Shown: positions 37,690 to 50,653, numbered from the stretch's first letter. The stretch is DNA of 64,000 bases from Camelus dromedarius (GCF_036321535.1 NC_087437.1:68264001-68328000), one strand, 5' to 3'. Made by a program: numbers and translations. The notes: generated from the letters alone by a model not told the origin.

Positions 37690-37960
37690 TTCTATTCTTG
37701 CCAGGTATTTTCCCACCTGAATTCCTACCCACAAACTCAGCATGTTCAAAAGCAAGTTAATAGTCAACCCACTATATCTCCAAATCGTATAGCACTGCCT
37801 CCCCCAGAGTTTTCTATTTCTCTGAATTTTCCAAATCATTTAGGCTCATTACAATTTTTGCTTTTCTGCTTCGCCTCCGTATTTCCCACATCAAGGCCAT
37901 TATTCACATGGTTACCTCCCTATCCTCTTCTTAGTGGTCTTTAACACTGTCCCCCTTGAG
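37690..37960 (+). mobile_element. L2 fragment
   Basis: TATTTTCCCACCTGAATTCCTACCCACAAACTCAGCATGTTCAAAAGCAAG...TTTCTATTTCTCTGAAT. Confidence 0.5.
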
Positions 37961-38349
37961 CATTCCAGTAAGGGACCCCCTCCCCCAGACAGTAGCTCAG
38001 CCCTGTCCAGTACACAGAAATGCCTTTGAAGATCCTTTATTCCCTTTACTCCTAAAAGTGTATTGTTGTTTTAATTTTTTCCAAATAAGCATATTTAAAA
38101 ACCAATGAGATTAGGTTATCTTATAGTGTCACCATGATTTTTTAAAACATTGAAAGGTATATCCTTTTATAACAAAAAAGCGTAGCATTTTGAAATGCTT
38201 CCTTTTTATGTTTATTTTTCTCATTTAACTGAAGACTGCTGAAAGTTTAAAAATTAACACCTGTCCGAGCACTGAAGTTGTGAACCAAACCACAGGCCTG
38301 TACTATTTAATACTCAGGAAGGTTAACAGTTTACACCCTGAAGCCAGCC

Positions 38350-38560
38350 CCATGTGAGTGTCACATACTAAGTCTGAGACCGTAGTTAAGTTGCTTTACC
38401 TTGCTAATTCGAATCTGTTTTGATCTGCAATAGCATAACCTGGGGGTGTGAATAGTATGTGCCTTGTAGGATTAAGCTATAGATAAATGAGTTAATGAAT
38501 GGAATTCACACAGCATAGAACTTGGCACACTGTTAGCTACCAATAAATGGAAGAAATAAC
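38350..38560 (+). mobile_element. MIR
   Basis: AAGTTGCTTTACCTT...AAATGAGTTAATGAATGGAATTCACACAGCATAGAACTTGGCACACTG...CAATAAATG. Confidence 0.55.
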
Positions 38561-40529
38561 ATTTACTGTTACTATTTTTGAACTCATATTGTACGTCCTG
38601 TATTTAACTTTTTACTAATGGTAAGGTATTTTCTTAAATATGTGTGTGGATTACTTAAACTGAGACAAGCCCTTGGATACCTAGTTTATTTTATGAGGGA
38701 TTACTGATTTATTAATCCTTATAATTGAGAAACTGCCACTGTATTTCATATATTGAAGATGAGACACTTTTCCAGAAAAGATGTCATTTCATTGGATGTT
38801 ATTATTCTTAAATGAGAATTTTAACTATGTGACTATTTCCAGCAAATGAGCTTCAATTTGGCCTTTGCCGTGACCAAAAGTGAATGAAGATTTTACTGTC
38901 TGATCCAGGGTTTTACAAACTCACCTAGAAGAATCCCCTTTGGGCAAGACTGCAGATAGATTCTCTGCACCACTGAATTTCACATTTCCTCATAATTAAG
39001 AGGGTGGGTAAAACCCTCCTTACTTAAATCTTAAACCCAAGAATGTTTACCTGTGCCTATCCCAAAGAATACTGGCCTTCTTCCAAAAGAGAGAAATAGT
39101 GATTTATCAGGAATATTCCTTAGAGTGATAAAAGATTATAAAAACAAAGACCCATTACAGCTGAAAACCCTTGGCTTTCAGGCTGTTGTTGGGACAGAGT
39201 TGATGAAGAATAATGTTTAACTATTTTGATGAAGTTAACACAGCTAAGTGAGGGGCTATGCAAAGAGTGAAACCAGATGTATATGAACTAGTAAGTGTAT
39301 TCCTTGGAACTTGTTGAATGTAAAGACCTTAGGTCATTAAAGGAGAATTATCCTTGCTACATCCAAACATAAATCTTTATTTGATGGGGAGTGTGAAGAG
39401 AATAATTAGTCCTCCCTGTAGCATAACTGATGTTCTCAGAGGGGTAAAAAGAAAATGCAGAGGAGATAATTATGCACACCTTAACCCCTACCACACATCT
39501 AGGCACAGAGGAACTGAAATGTGAGTGTGTTGGCAAGTAAATGGGATAATGAACCGAGACTGGGATATTGGGGGTCTGATTCTAGATCTTTCTAGCTCTG
39601 CAGCCTTGATCTCAACTGTACTCCCACATTTGAGCTTTAATTTCTTTTTCTGCAAAAACAGATTAGGACTAGTACCTTTAAAGAGTCAGGCATAAGGTGT
39701 TTTATCAAAATAGTAGCTATAATTAGTTGAACATATTGGAGGTATGAGGAAGTGAACTTTGTAAATGGAGTCTAAATGTCACATACCCACATGCTCTCAT
39801 GCCCACACATGCAGACAATCCATTGACTTATCACTTGTTATTGAATATTTACTCCATAGCATGCTGTATGCTAGGCATTGGTAGTAAGCAGTATAGTCTG
39901 GGACACTGAATTCTTGAGGCTTTTGACCTGCTGGCTCAAACTAAATCATTAAATGTGGTTTTCTTAACATGCTTAATTAAGTTCATCAATGTGTCTAAGA
40001 ATGTACGTGAAATTTTTTTAGAGCGCTTGTTAAGCTAATGACTTAACTTGCGTTTTCTTAACGGAACATTTTTTCTTTTTCCAAAAGTTCAAGTCAGCCG
40101 TGCAACGTGTGCACAGACCTAGGGCAAAGTGCAACTCCAGTGAAACCACACATAAAGTTGACTGAAACTGAATAAACTAGATTAGCTCAACTGTCCCTTC
40201 TTTTATGTGTACAGTATTCAAAAGCATAGGTAACATCTACTTATTTTCATTTGTGCCTAGAAATAAGGCAATGTCTAAACCATTCCATGAACATGATTAT
40301 CTTTTTGCAAAGAATTACATGTAGCTGGAGTGTTAAGATACCTCAAACAATAGTGTATCCTATCACCATTCCTCATGGGCTCCAACTTAAGAAGCTGCTG
40401 CTGTTTTACCTTCAATTGATATGGGTAGTATTTAGGACAAGAAAATCGTCAGTGGCATCATAAATTAGAATATACCAAACCATAGACACTATTAATGATA
40501 GGATTCATATCCAGCATTTAGTAGGCACA

Positions 40530-40765
40530 GATCATGTGTTAAGGTCTGTGAAAAGTGCTTTAGGTAGAGTAACTCATTTATTTCTCTCTATAACCCTATG
40601 AAGCAGTCAGCAGTGTAAATCTTTTGTATATATAAGGAAACTAAGGCTTAGAGGGGTTAGTGACTTGTTCCAGTTCCATAGCTCCTGACTGATTATATGA
40701 AATTATGAACCCAGGTCATCTTCTTCAGAGCTTGCCCTCTGAACCACGACTCTTAAACTGCCATC
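40530..40765 (-). mobile_element. MIR
   Basis: AAGTGCTTTAGG...AACTCATTTATTCTCTCTATAACCCTATGAAG...AGGAAACTAAGGCTTAGAGGGGTTAGTGACTTGTTC...GAACCCAGGTC. Confidence 0.7.
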
Positions 40766-42603
40766 CATGGAACTGAGGTCTCTGTTGGAAACCAAGGTAT
40801 CTTTCATACCAGGTGTTCTTTGAACGTCGCTGTATTTATTTCTACTTTTCTTACAACCTCTGTAATCATCCACTTACAGAGTTGCAGCTCACAGTATGTG
40901 TGTGGGAGGTTGCAGATAACATACCAGCAGTGTGTGCTCTTACTCGTGCTTGCCAGCTGTTCTGGCACAATATTTATTTGCCCCATAAATCCTAGACTGT
41001 TCATTTTATATAAAAGAAAATCTGTCAATTGACAGTTCACTTTATTTTTCTACTGAAAATACTAGAGCATTAGGTATCCTTGACTTTGGCTTCACAGTCT
41101 CCAAATAAACGGAATTCTGGGCAGAAAGCCTGACAGCATGGGGGTATGACGCAGCAGTATTTGATCTACTCACAAAAATTCCTCCAGGTCTAAAATCAAC
41201 GCCCAGCCTTCCCCCTACTGATTTTGTCAATTACTCGTCTGTGCCTTCATCAACACAGGTAGGGGCTAATGAAGGTTAAATCATTCTAATTTAATTTTAA
41301 GTATGGCAGCTCAGTGCTTGAGCTACGTGACAGGTGCCAGGCATGCGAGCTTCCTCCAAAAAGCCACACGGTGGCTTCCTTGTCACTGGCCTCATCATGA
41401 GTCACCTCATGCCATATGGCAGAAAAGCCATTCACCTGATGGAAGAGACCGCACATTCGTTCTTATCTTCCTTTCCTGGTCACTTCTCCTCTACTCAGGA
41501 AACCCATGTAATATAATTGCTCTGAGGGTATCAGTAGTAATGTGATAATCAACACTTAGATCTCCCCCTACTCCCAAAGTTTAGTCTTTAAAACATACCA
41601 CTTTGAGTTTCTAGGAAAAACATTTTGATACATCCATGTCCCCCCTGGAAACCATTCCATCTTTCCCTTGATTTGTGAAGTAATTATGACTCCCTTGTTA
41701 GTTCATTAACTTTTTCTTTTCCATTAAGCAGTCTGTCTTTTTTGACATTACCTTCTGTCAGCTAAAATGCTAAATGCCAAGTAATTTGGGATTAAGGGGA
41801 GTCCATTTGGAAGTGAACAACAACAAAAAAGGAGACCTCTCTCTTTCAGATGGAATTTGAAAGGCATTAACATATTCTTAGTACATTTCTGAGGGAGTTT
41901 CTCACATATATCAGGGCTAATAATTCTCTTGAGATATTCTTCCTAGAGTGGAGTGAAGACAACAGGTGCTGTGGGCGTATGAGACATTGGTTACCCTTTT
42001 TCCCGTAACTGAAATAACTAATGTGTGTTATTTACTGTGCCTCTAAACTAGCTCTCAAATTCCCCTGCATGTGCCAAACATTTTTATAGCCCTGCCCCAG
42101 CCTCCAGGTATTTTCTGTATGTTTGTATGATAGGAAAACTATTAGAAGTCCATATGATAGACTGCAGTATATCTGTATCCTGCCTCTATGCCGGCTGGAT
42201 TTCACATTCAACATTTTAAAGAGGTGTGTGTTTAGGGGAAAAAGCTTTTAATTATGCTCTGTTTTCAACACCTACTGGGCAAGCATGAAAGTCCTTTGAA
42301 GTTAGATTTTGCGTTATAGTACGCATATCAGCAAAGAGAAACCAAAAAGAAAAAATACACTGTTTTATTCTGTTTTTGAAACTCTGTTCATGTACCAATG
42401 CTCAGGGGCTTCATCATTTCTGACCATTTCCTCCTAAGCTGCAAATCACAGACTCAACTGAGTGGTATATTTGAGTTTAATGGATATGTGCAGTAATCCT
42501 CACCTTGAGTGTGCTATGGAAATTTGTTCACTCCTGGAGATACCATTGTAATACTTAGAATTTTGGTTTTGGTTTTAGGATTTCTAAGTATTTGAAAAAA
42601 TGC

Positions 42604-42690
42604 TATATATATGTGTGTATATGTGTATGTGTATGTATATCCATATCTATATGTATATGTATATCTACACACACATGTATATGTGATGTA
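42604..42690 (+). repeat. Degenerate (TATG)n/(TATATG)n simple repeat
   Basis: Directly visible. Confidence 0.8.
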
Positions 42691-43164
42691 TTTACAACTA
42701 TATGAACACATACAAATAAAACTACTTGAACCTGGAGATAGGTAGGCAGATGATACATACTTTGATGTGTGAGGTCTATATATCTAATAAAATAGAATAT
42801 GGAGATCTTTTAACATTTAAAATAATGTCTTCTAAGCATAGTTAGCTGCCAGAATGTTAGTCGGTAGCCTTCAGTTTCCTTGTGTCATGTTTACAAGTTC
42901 CTCAGGACCATTCTGTACCAGGATTTAAAGATTTGTTTGTATCATCCTTTACTATTAGAGAGGATACTAAAACATGGTGTGGATAACAAGAGAACTAATA
43001 ACCCTGAAGCACTTCACACTGCTGGGTGATATCTGAGTTAGTAACTTTAACCACATCTCACTTTACTAGAAGCAATGACCCAGTGGAAGAGTTTCAAGGA
43101 GGACAGACATTCCATGATATGCACTCAGAACAATGGCATATAGGGACTCTGAAAGCATCGACAA

Positions 43165-43430
43165 AGGTTTAACTTGAAAGAGAAGATTTAAGGAAGGAGC
43201 ATGGAGGCATGATGGCTGCCTTCATCTTATTGAAGAGCTGCCCAGTAAGACATTTGATTTGGTTTTGAACTAAGAGTATGAAACTGGGACAGTAGGGTGG
43301 CAATTAGAAGGTGGATCATTCTGCCTCAGTACACAGAACTTTCTAGCAAAATGATCTGCTTTTACATGCAGTCAGTTCTCTTGAGTTGCAGAGATGTCCC
43401 TTCTTGGCTGTATTTCAGCCAAAGTTTAAG
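43165..43430 (+). mobile_element. CR1/L3 3' fragment
   Basis: GTTTAACTTGAAAGAGAAGATTTAAGG...ATGATGGCTGCCTTCA...TTGAAGAGCTGCC...AGAACTTTCTA. Confidence 0.5.
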
Positions 43431-43473
43431 GGATTCTGTAGCGAGTCCGACTTTAGGTTATACTAGACATGTC

Positions 43474-43882
43474 TGTATTAATTTGCTAGGTGTACCATAA
43501 CACAATACAGCAGATTGGGAGGCTTAAGCAGTTGAAATTTATTTCTAGTATGGAAACGAGAGGTCTAAGATCAAGATGTTGGCAGGTTTGATTTCTTCTC
43601 AGGTCTCTCTCCTGAGCTGACAGATGTCCACCTTCTCCCTGGGTTCTCACATAGCTTTTCCTCTGTGTGTGTCCGTCCCTGGTGTCTCTGTGTGCATCCA
43701 AATTTCTTTTTCTTAAAAGGTCACAAGTCAGTTTAGACTACAGCCCACTCCAACAGCATCATTTTAGCTTAATCACCTCTTCAAAAGCCCTGTCTCCAAA
43801 GATAGTCATATTCTGAGGTACTTGGGGTTAGGGTTTCAACACATGAATTTGGGTTGAGGAGGAAACAGTTCAGCCCATGACA
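43474..43882 (-). mobile_element. MaLR solo LTR, MLT1A-like
   Basis: TGTATTAATTTGCTAGG...AGATCAAGATGTTGGCAGG...TAATCACCTCTTCAAAAGCCCTGTCTCCAAA...CTGAGGTACTTGGGGTTAGGG...TTCAGCCCATGACA, with TG...CA termini. Confidence 0.88.
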
Positions 43883-44913
43883 GTACCCAAGCTCACTTCT
43901 GATTTTCAAAAGTTCTTCTTGAGGAGAAAAAGGACAATTAAAACTATACTGAAGCTTGCTCCCTGCAAGAGGAAAATATCCTCAACCAAAAAGAAGGATT
44001 GAGTAACTGTCAGCACCCTTCTCTAAATTAATTCTTACCACCAGAGGGGTCTCTTGTCTTCTCTCTACAAATTCAGGTTTAGCCATAAACTGTGCTCTTT
44101 GGCTTTTGGTTGAATGTGGAGAGGATTAAATTCATTATAATATTAAATAGATCAGGTGGAATTAGCTCTCAGCAGAGAGCAGCTGCTGGCTTCAGCAGTG
44201 TTGTGACAGGCTCTGCCAATTATGCAATGCAAATATAATCATCTAACTTCCACCATTTCCAAACCTTGACAAGCCCCACAGATCTGTTGGGTAATTTCTT
44301 CTGATCTGGCCCCACACATTTTGGCTTGACAGTGCCTACCTTAAAGGCGAAAGAACAGTGTCTCTGATGGTCAATCAAGACTGACACTAAAATCAGAGGC
44401 TCGGATCTAGGTTTGGAGCGACTGAGGGAGAAAAATAAAATCCAGGCACACATGCTTATTTTGCTGTTATTAATACAGTTGGTATTGATTTAGCTCCTAG
44501 CTGTGCTGCCTGCTTTTTGCTTAGAACAGCAAAATGAGGTTGGGACACAGATACCTTAGCATCCATTCTGTTATTAAGGAGGTTTAATTTTGCTGAGTTT
44601 GTGCATGTATGATTTCATAGCAGTATATTAGTTTGAAAGACTATGATGTATTTTTATGTAGTAGAACGTACTTGAAAAATGAGTCTTTGATTTTGTTGGA
44701 TTAGACAGGTTTAGATTGAGTTGACATTATTTAATTAGGAGATAGAATAAAATCTGACCAAGTTGAGTGGATCAGTGTGGACTGGCACAGAGTTTTAGAA
44801 CAAATTTAGGTAATACCCATATAGATGTTAATGAGCGTAGGAGAGGAGTTCTGTAATTTGGAGGAAAAAGTACAGCTGCCCAATCTGCTTATAAATTTGA
44901 CCATTTAGACTAG

Positions 44914-45813
44914 TGTCAGGGAGGAAGAAATTTTCCTCTAAAAAGCAGATGTTGGTAGTATAGGGGAGCAAAACATGTTACCCCAAAATGTCTTTATGGA
45001 ATGCAGATTATTTTAAGCTGAAAACAGTCAATGCTCAAGACTCAGAAAGAAACTTTGGCCTTCCCTCTCACTGCCCAAAGAAATTTTATACAGTGCCTGT
45101 TCTCAAATAGAGCTATCACCAAAGAGATTTGCCCCCCCCCCCAAAAAAAAAAAAGGTCTAGGCATAGCAGGGGGAACTCCATGGGGCCTAGAGATCAGAG
45201 TCCACTCTAAGTCCCATATTCTCTATAAGGCCCAGCAAACATTTACTTACCAAATATTAGCTTTCCATCTTCATGTGAACTGCTTCCCTCCTTTTTGAAG
45301 TCCCAGGTTGCTGCCCCTGACATCCTCTTTTGTCTTTGGCTGAAGATGGTATTTGAGGTGAGGTTTTTGGCCATGTTGGCAAGTTACTCAGTTTTTCTAA
45401 GTCTTTCCCATGTATACATGTTATTAAACTTTTGTTTGATTTTTCTCCTGTTAATCTTGTCAATTTTAGTTCTTAGACCAGCCAGAAGAACCTAAAAGCG
45501 TAGAGGAAAATTTTTTCCTCTCCCACAGTAAACAAATGTTTATGGGGCCTTGCAGAGACAATGGGACACAGAGAGGAATTTTAACAACAGACTTTGCTAA
45601 GTATTTTCCTGTCCATAACACCTAGTTCATACTCTTAATTATCTATGCTGATAGTTCCCTTCCTGGAACAGGTCCTCCATCTACATTCTTTTAGGCAGTT
45701 AGGAGGAAGGTCAAAGTTTCTTCCTGAGTCTTGTGGGACTTAAAATAATCAGCCGAAATTAATCCTCATGTCAAGGAGACGCAATTTGGGGTGGCAGATT
45801 TTGCTCCCCTACA
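44914..45813 (-). mobile_element. ERV1 LTR (MER34/MER39-like), outer copy, internally deleted and interrupted
   Basis: The - strand begins TGTAGGGGAGCAAAATCTGCCACCCCAAA and ends TAGAGGAAAATTTCTTCCTCCCTGACA. Flanks CTAG/CCAG are a probable 4-bp TSD. Interrupted at 44959-45527. Confidence 0.75.
44959..45527 (+). mobile_element. ERV1 LTR (MER34/MER39-like), inner copy
   Basis: TATAGGGGAGCAAAACATGTTACCCCAAAATG...ATTAAACTTTTG...TAGAGGAAAATTTTTTCCTCTCCCACA. Flanks GTAG/GTAA. Confidence 0.8.
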
Positions 45814-46841
45814 CCAGTTACAAGACAGGAAGAAGACTGTGTTTACTGAAGTCACCTGTAAATGCAAGTAAAAGAACCTCTTACCCAAATCCCTTTGCCT
45901 TTGGAAACCTAGCACGCATGTTATGTACTGTTGTTATGAGAGAAGGCTTCACTGGAAACTGATCATAAAGTCAGAACAAAGCAATGCCATATAAAAACGC
46001 TGTTTTTATGTGAAATGAGTTTGGTTGTATTTTTTTTTTTTTTTGTGCCTGTATGTGCTTTTCCTGGGGTTAGATTGCTTCCAAAGAGGTTATCTTCTAC
46101 TATCATGTTGATGTCTCAGAAAACAGTTTGAAAAATAAAAACAAAGACAGATGGTTTGTGAAAAGGAGAGTATCACCTCCCTTTACAACTTCTCTGATTC
46201 AAAGTGAGTTTGTTAGCAGCATCAGGAGTGGGATGCAGCATTTTCCATATCCCTCCGCCTATATTGGGGAAAATTCTCTACACTCTAACCACCTGACACA
46301 TAAGCATTCTGATCAAGACGAAGTTGCCACACTCTGCTAATATGTTAATGACAAAAGTGCATTGGTTCAATATTTACTTTCTTCCAAGTAAAAAATGGAC
46401 CTTTTGTAAACTTTTTTTTGATGACATACTTTTGTCCTCCATCCAATCCACTACGCACACACATGCTCACAAATTGGTTGTCTTAAAACATGGGACATCT
46501 GTGACAGGCAATTCCAGAAATGAGAAGCTTGCCTGAGCTAGCTATCTGGGTTTAGGATCCTTAGGGCTATGCCACAGGAGTGAATATTTATGTCTACTTA
46601 TAAGCCCTCTATGCTAATGGATGTTTGATTGTGAGCACTGTACTTTGTACTCTGAAGCTTCTTTTGTAAAAACTTCGTGTTTGAATTTGAAGTAAATTTC
46701 CACATAAAGGCTGAATTTTCAGTAAACAATAGCTTTACTTGTAATAATACAAAATTCAAAATTCATCCCTATCTTTGTTCTACACCAGTCTTCTACCCCC
46801 ACTGTCTTTCTTGCCCACTATCTCCCCAAGAATTGTACTTA

Positions 46842-47552
46842 TTTTTTTTCTTTTTTTATTGAAGTAGATTCAGTTTACAATGTTATGTCAATTTCTGATG
46901 TACAGCACATTTCAGTCATAATATACATACATATATTCATTTTCATATTCTTTTTCAGTATAGGTTACTGCAAGATATTGAATATAGTTCCCTGTGCTAT
47001 ATAATATAAACTTGTTTATCTATTTTATATTTAATAGTTACTTTCTGCACATCCTGAACTCCCAATTTATCCCTTCCCACCCTCTTTCCCCCGGTAACCA
47101 CAAGTTTGTTTTCTATGTCTGTGTGTCTGTTTCTGTTTTGTAAATAAGTTCATTTCTTTCTTTCCTTTTTTCTTTTTTTTTTAGATTCCACTGTATAAGT
47201 GATAGCATATGGTATTTTTCTTTCTCTTTCTGGCTTACTTCTGTCACTTAGAATGACAGTCTCCAGGTCAATTCATATTGCTGCAAATGGCATTATTTTA
47301 CTATTAGTATGGCTGAGTAGTATTCCACTGTATAAATATACCACACCTTCTTTATCCACTCCTATGTCAATGGACATTTAGGTTGTTTCCATGTCTTAGC
47401 TGTTGTAAATAGTGCTGCTGTGAATATTGGAGTGCATATATCTTTTTGAGTTAGAGCTCCCTGCAGATACTTGCCAGGAATGGGCTTGCTGGCTCATATG
47501 GTAGGTCTATTTTTAGTTTTTAAAGGAATCTCCATACTGTTTTCCATAATGG
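46842..47552 (-). mobile_element. 5'-truncated L1 3' end
   Basis: Poly-T then TTATTGAAGTAGATTCAGTTTACAATG...GGTAACCACAAGTTTGTTTTCTATGTCTGTG...AGGAATCTCCATACTGTTTTCCATAATGG. Confidence 0.92.
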
Positions 47553-47624
47553 AATAATTGCACATCTATCATAATTTTATGGTAGTTCTTATAAAAGGAT
47601 TTCCTTCTCATTCATTCTTTGATT

Positions 47625-47800
47625 TGTGCTAGAATGTATTTATTGAGCATCTCTTATATACCTGGTACTTAAAGATGGAAGGGATATATGTAGAGAGAGA
47701 GGAGCATGACTTGATTCAGTTTTAAGGGGAAACCCATGCAAACCAAAGCTTATGGTAGAATGTAACATGTGTTTTGACATGGGTATCCGCAGGCTCTGGA
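47625..47800 (-). mobile_element. L2 3' fragment
   Basis: GTATTTATTGAGCATCTCTTATATACCTGGTACT. Confidence 0.45.
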
Positions 47801-48762
47801 GACCCAGAATGGGGCACACATCCAGCAGTGTGGCCCTTTCTGCACACCGTTCTGTTGGTGCTTAAGATCAGGTCACGTTTGCAAGCATGTTCTCTTTTCT
47901 TGTAACTATTCCCCTAAAATAAACCTGCTTTCTTTGCCTTCATAGTCTTCATCAACTGCCACTATCATTTGGGGATTGTGTACCTGCTCCTTTCAACCAT
48001 GCCTAGTTGCTACACCTGACTTCAGAATGGGACAAGCCCTCCTTAGCCTATTTCTAACTGGACCTTTGAAGGATTTTACTGGTAGTATCTATCAGCAAAT
48101 AGACATCATCCCCAAAATGATAACTGAACAGGGTCTCACGAAACTAGTAAACGTTGTCAAAGGTTTGGAGATAAAGGAGTCCCAGGAAGGTGGATGTCCT
48201 AGGTGGAGGGAAGGAAGAAGAGACATAGCTATGTATAGATGAGAAATGGGATGGTGTTTTTTCTGAAATATATGACTATAGGGAACATAGACTGCACCCC
48301 TTCAATGGGAGGATTACTCTTCTGAGATTTCCAGTTTGTTGACACACTCTCAAATACATGTCCTTTTTATGTGAAGTTGTTCTATTGATCTACTGCAAGT
48401 AAATTGGGGACTTGTTACTTTCTCCTCTCAGCTATTGGCAAAAATAAAATAAGAAAACAAAAAATAAACAAATAAACACTTCTTCTGATATATTCTCTCC
48501 TATATAATCCCCTTCACCCACTTTGTCTCCATCTCAGTCTTAAACCCCAATCTCTCTCAAAACTTTCAGAGAAAGGTAGTTGGAAACAGAAGCCCATGAT
48601 GGATTTTCACTAGTGTATGCTGAAGATAAATTTGACCTACGTTTTTAAAGAATGACCTAAGCTGAAGAATCTTTGGGGACTTGGTCGAGGAAATTGGAGT
48701 AAAGGGCAGGAACTGAGCAGAGAGAAGGATATGACTTGAGAAGAAACAAAAAGGTAACCATA

Positions 48763-48850
48763 GGGGTGGGGGTATAGCTCAGTGGTAGAGCATGTGCTTA
48801 CCGTGTGTGAGGTCCAGGATTCAATCCCCAGTACTTCCATTAGAAACAAA
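48763..48850 (+). mobile_element. tRNA-derived SINE (camelid Vic-1-like), short
   Basis: GGGGTGGGGGTATAGCTCAGTGGTAGAG (A box) ... GGATTCAATCCCCAGTACTTCCATT (B box), then an A-rich tail. Confidence 0.85.
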
Positions 48851-49189
48851 ACAGCATGACCAAGAGGCTGGAGGCAATTTGTACACCAAGTGTTGGGTAC
48901 AGATTGGTGTTTGTTTGCCCTGTCATTTTCTCATCTTTTATGCCAGCCTTGTTAGCACAGTGCCCACAAAGCACTGGTCTTGGAATAAAGCTCAAAGAAA
49001 AAAAAAATGGTAGTGATGGGACAGATGTCTTATCTGATCATTCAACTAATGGTTGTTTAGCACCTATCCTGGGGAAGCAGTGGTGACAAAAAATATACAC
49101 ATCTGCCTAAATGATTTTATTATAGTTTAATCTTTAATGAAATAAAATCCATTGAAAACTAAGCTTCCAAGGCAATAGTATATTTAAAT

Positions 49190-49350
49190 ATTGGAAAAGT
49201 AGAGGCATTGGAGTACATTAGACCCATATTTAAACTCCTCCCATATTCTTATCAGATTATGTCACATCTCTGAGACTCAGGCATTGACAATTGAGGGGTG
49301 ATGGTCATACTTGCTGCATAAGATCATTGTAAGGATTAAGTACTGCCTAA
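49190..49350 (+). mobile_element. MIR fragment
   Basis: GGCATTGGAGT...GTCACATCTCTGAGACTCAG...TTGTAAGGATTAAG. Confidence 0.45.
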
Positions 49351-50653
49351 TAAAAATAGACATCCACAATGACATAGATTATATTGTGTGACATAACGGT
49401 GTGACATAGACACTGTTATGATAGGACAAAGTCTCTTGAGGTATGATATCATGACATGTGTACACGCATGTATAGCTTCCACCCTTGTTTGCAGGATCCC
49501 AGTTTTTATCTAAATTGTTCACTAACTGAGTATACTATTTTGTAATCCATGTACCATCTTCATTCTTATTTAACAGATGTAAAACCACTATGGTCTAGTG
49601 GTGGGTTCTGTGAGTAAATATGAACTCACTGTGTGCATATGTATGTCGCTATCTCAGACTCGAGGCTTTGTCCTATTCTGACAGATAGAAAATGCCGTGG
49701 TGTATTGTTGCACCAAAAGAATATAAGGTTTTATGACTGTTTCACTGAAATCTTCCTCTTTCAATAGGGTTATCAGGAAGAACTCCTAGATACTGCATAG
49801 TTTATCAGATTTGGGTACGCTTTATTATTTCCTTAATGGTTACCATCATCCGAATTGACTATAAAACCAAACAAACATAGACAGTTGCACCTTGTGAAAA
49901 TCATAAGAAAAAAGACTGAGGCGGGGGAAAGAAACACAAAATTAGAGCTATGAATTGCCATGGAGAATATGACAGTGAAAACCAGAACTGCAATTTTACT
50001 GGGTTTTTTTCCCCTTTTCCTTGACCCCTAGAGAATACACAAATAAAATCAATTAATGGACCTTGAAGAAGAATCACTTTAAACTGTTCAATTAAACCCC
50101 GCAATGCAGAGAACAGAAGGGAGAAAAAAAAAAAAACAATAAATACGTCTTAAAAAATGGACTTGTCAGAGGCGCCAGGGTCCCGACATGCACCATTACT
50201 GACGGATCGAATCGCACTTCCATTAACACCATAATCTTATAGACTCCACAGGCTGTAAAAAAGGGATTTACTTTAATCAGGTTTGGTTAGGACTGAAGTT
50301 GAAAAAGTGCTACAAGTGAAATAAAACATGACCTCCACCTCTTTGATTTTTCTCTGGCCCTGGTTCCCCAGTATGTAATTTGCTGTCCACCGATGGGTCA
50401 TTTTTAATGACTGTGATCTGCTGGTACATCTCTCTCTCTTCTAGTGGTAGAAATCATTAATACAAACCTGCAGTATTCCTTCTTAACTGGTTTTCTTCCT
50501 CTAATCACTTGGCTTAAGGATCATCACTGAGTCCGAAATTCCAGAATAGTTTCCCCGGATAGGATCTTCTTTTGGACAAGTCTCTAGTCTAGGCTTTCCA
50601 AAGTTTTCAAAGAATTATCATCTTTTTTTTTCCTTAAAATGAGAATGCCCCAT

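Noticed and set aside
44036..44054. CTCF site (CCACCAGAGGGGTC)
   Set aside because: It matches only part of the core and lacks the GGC(A/G)C end, so it cannot be supported without a PWM or ChIP data.
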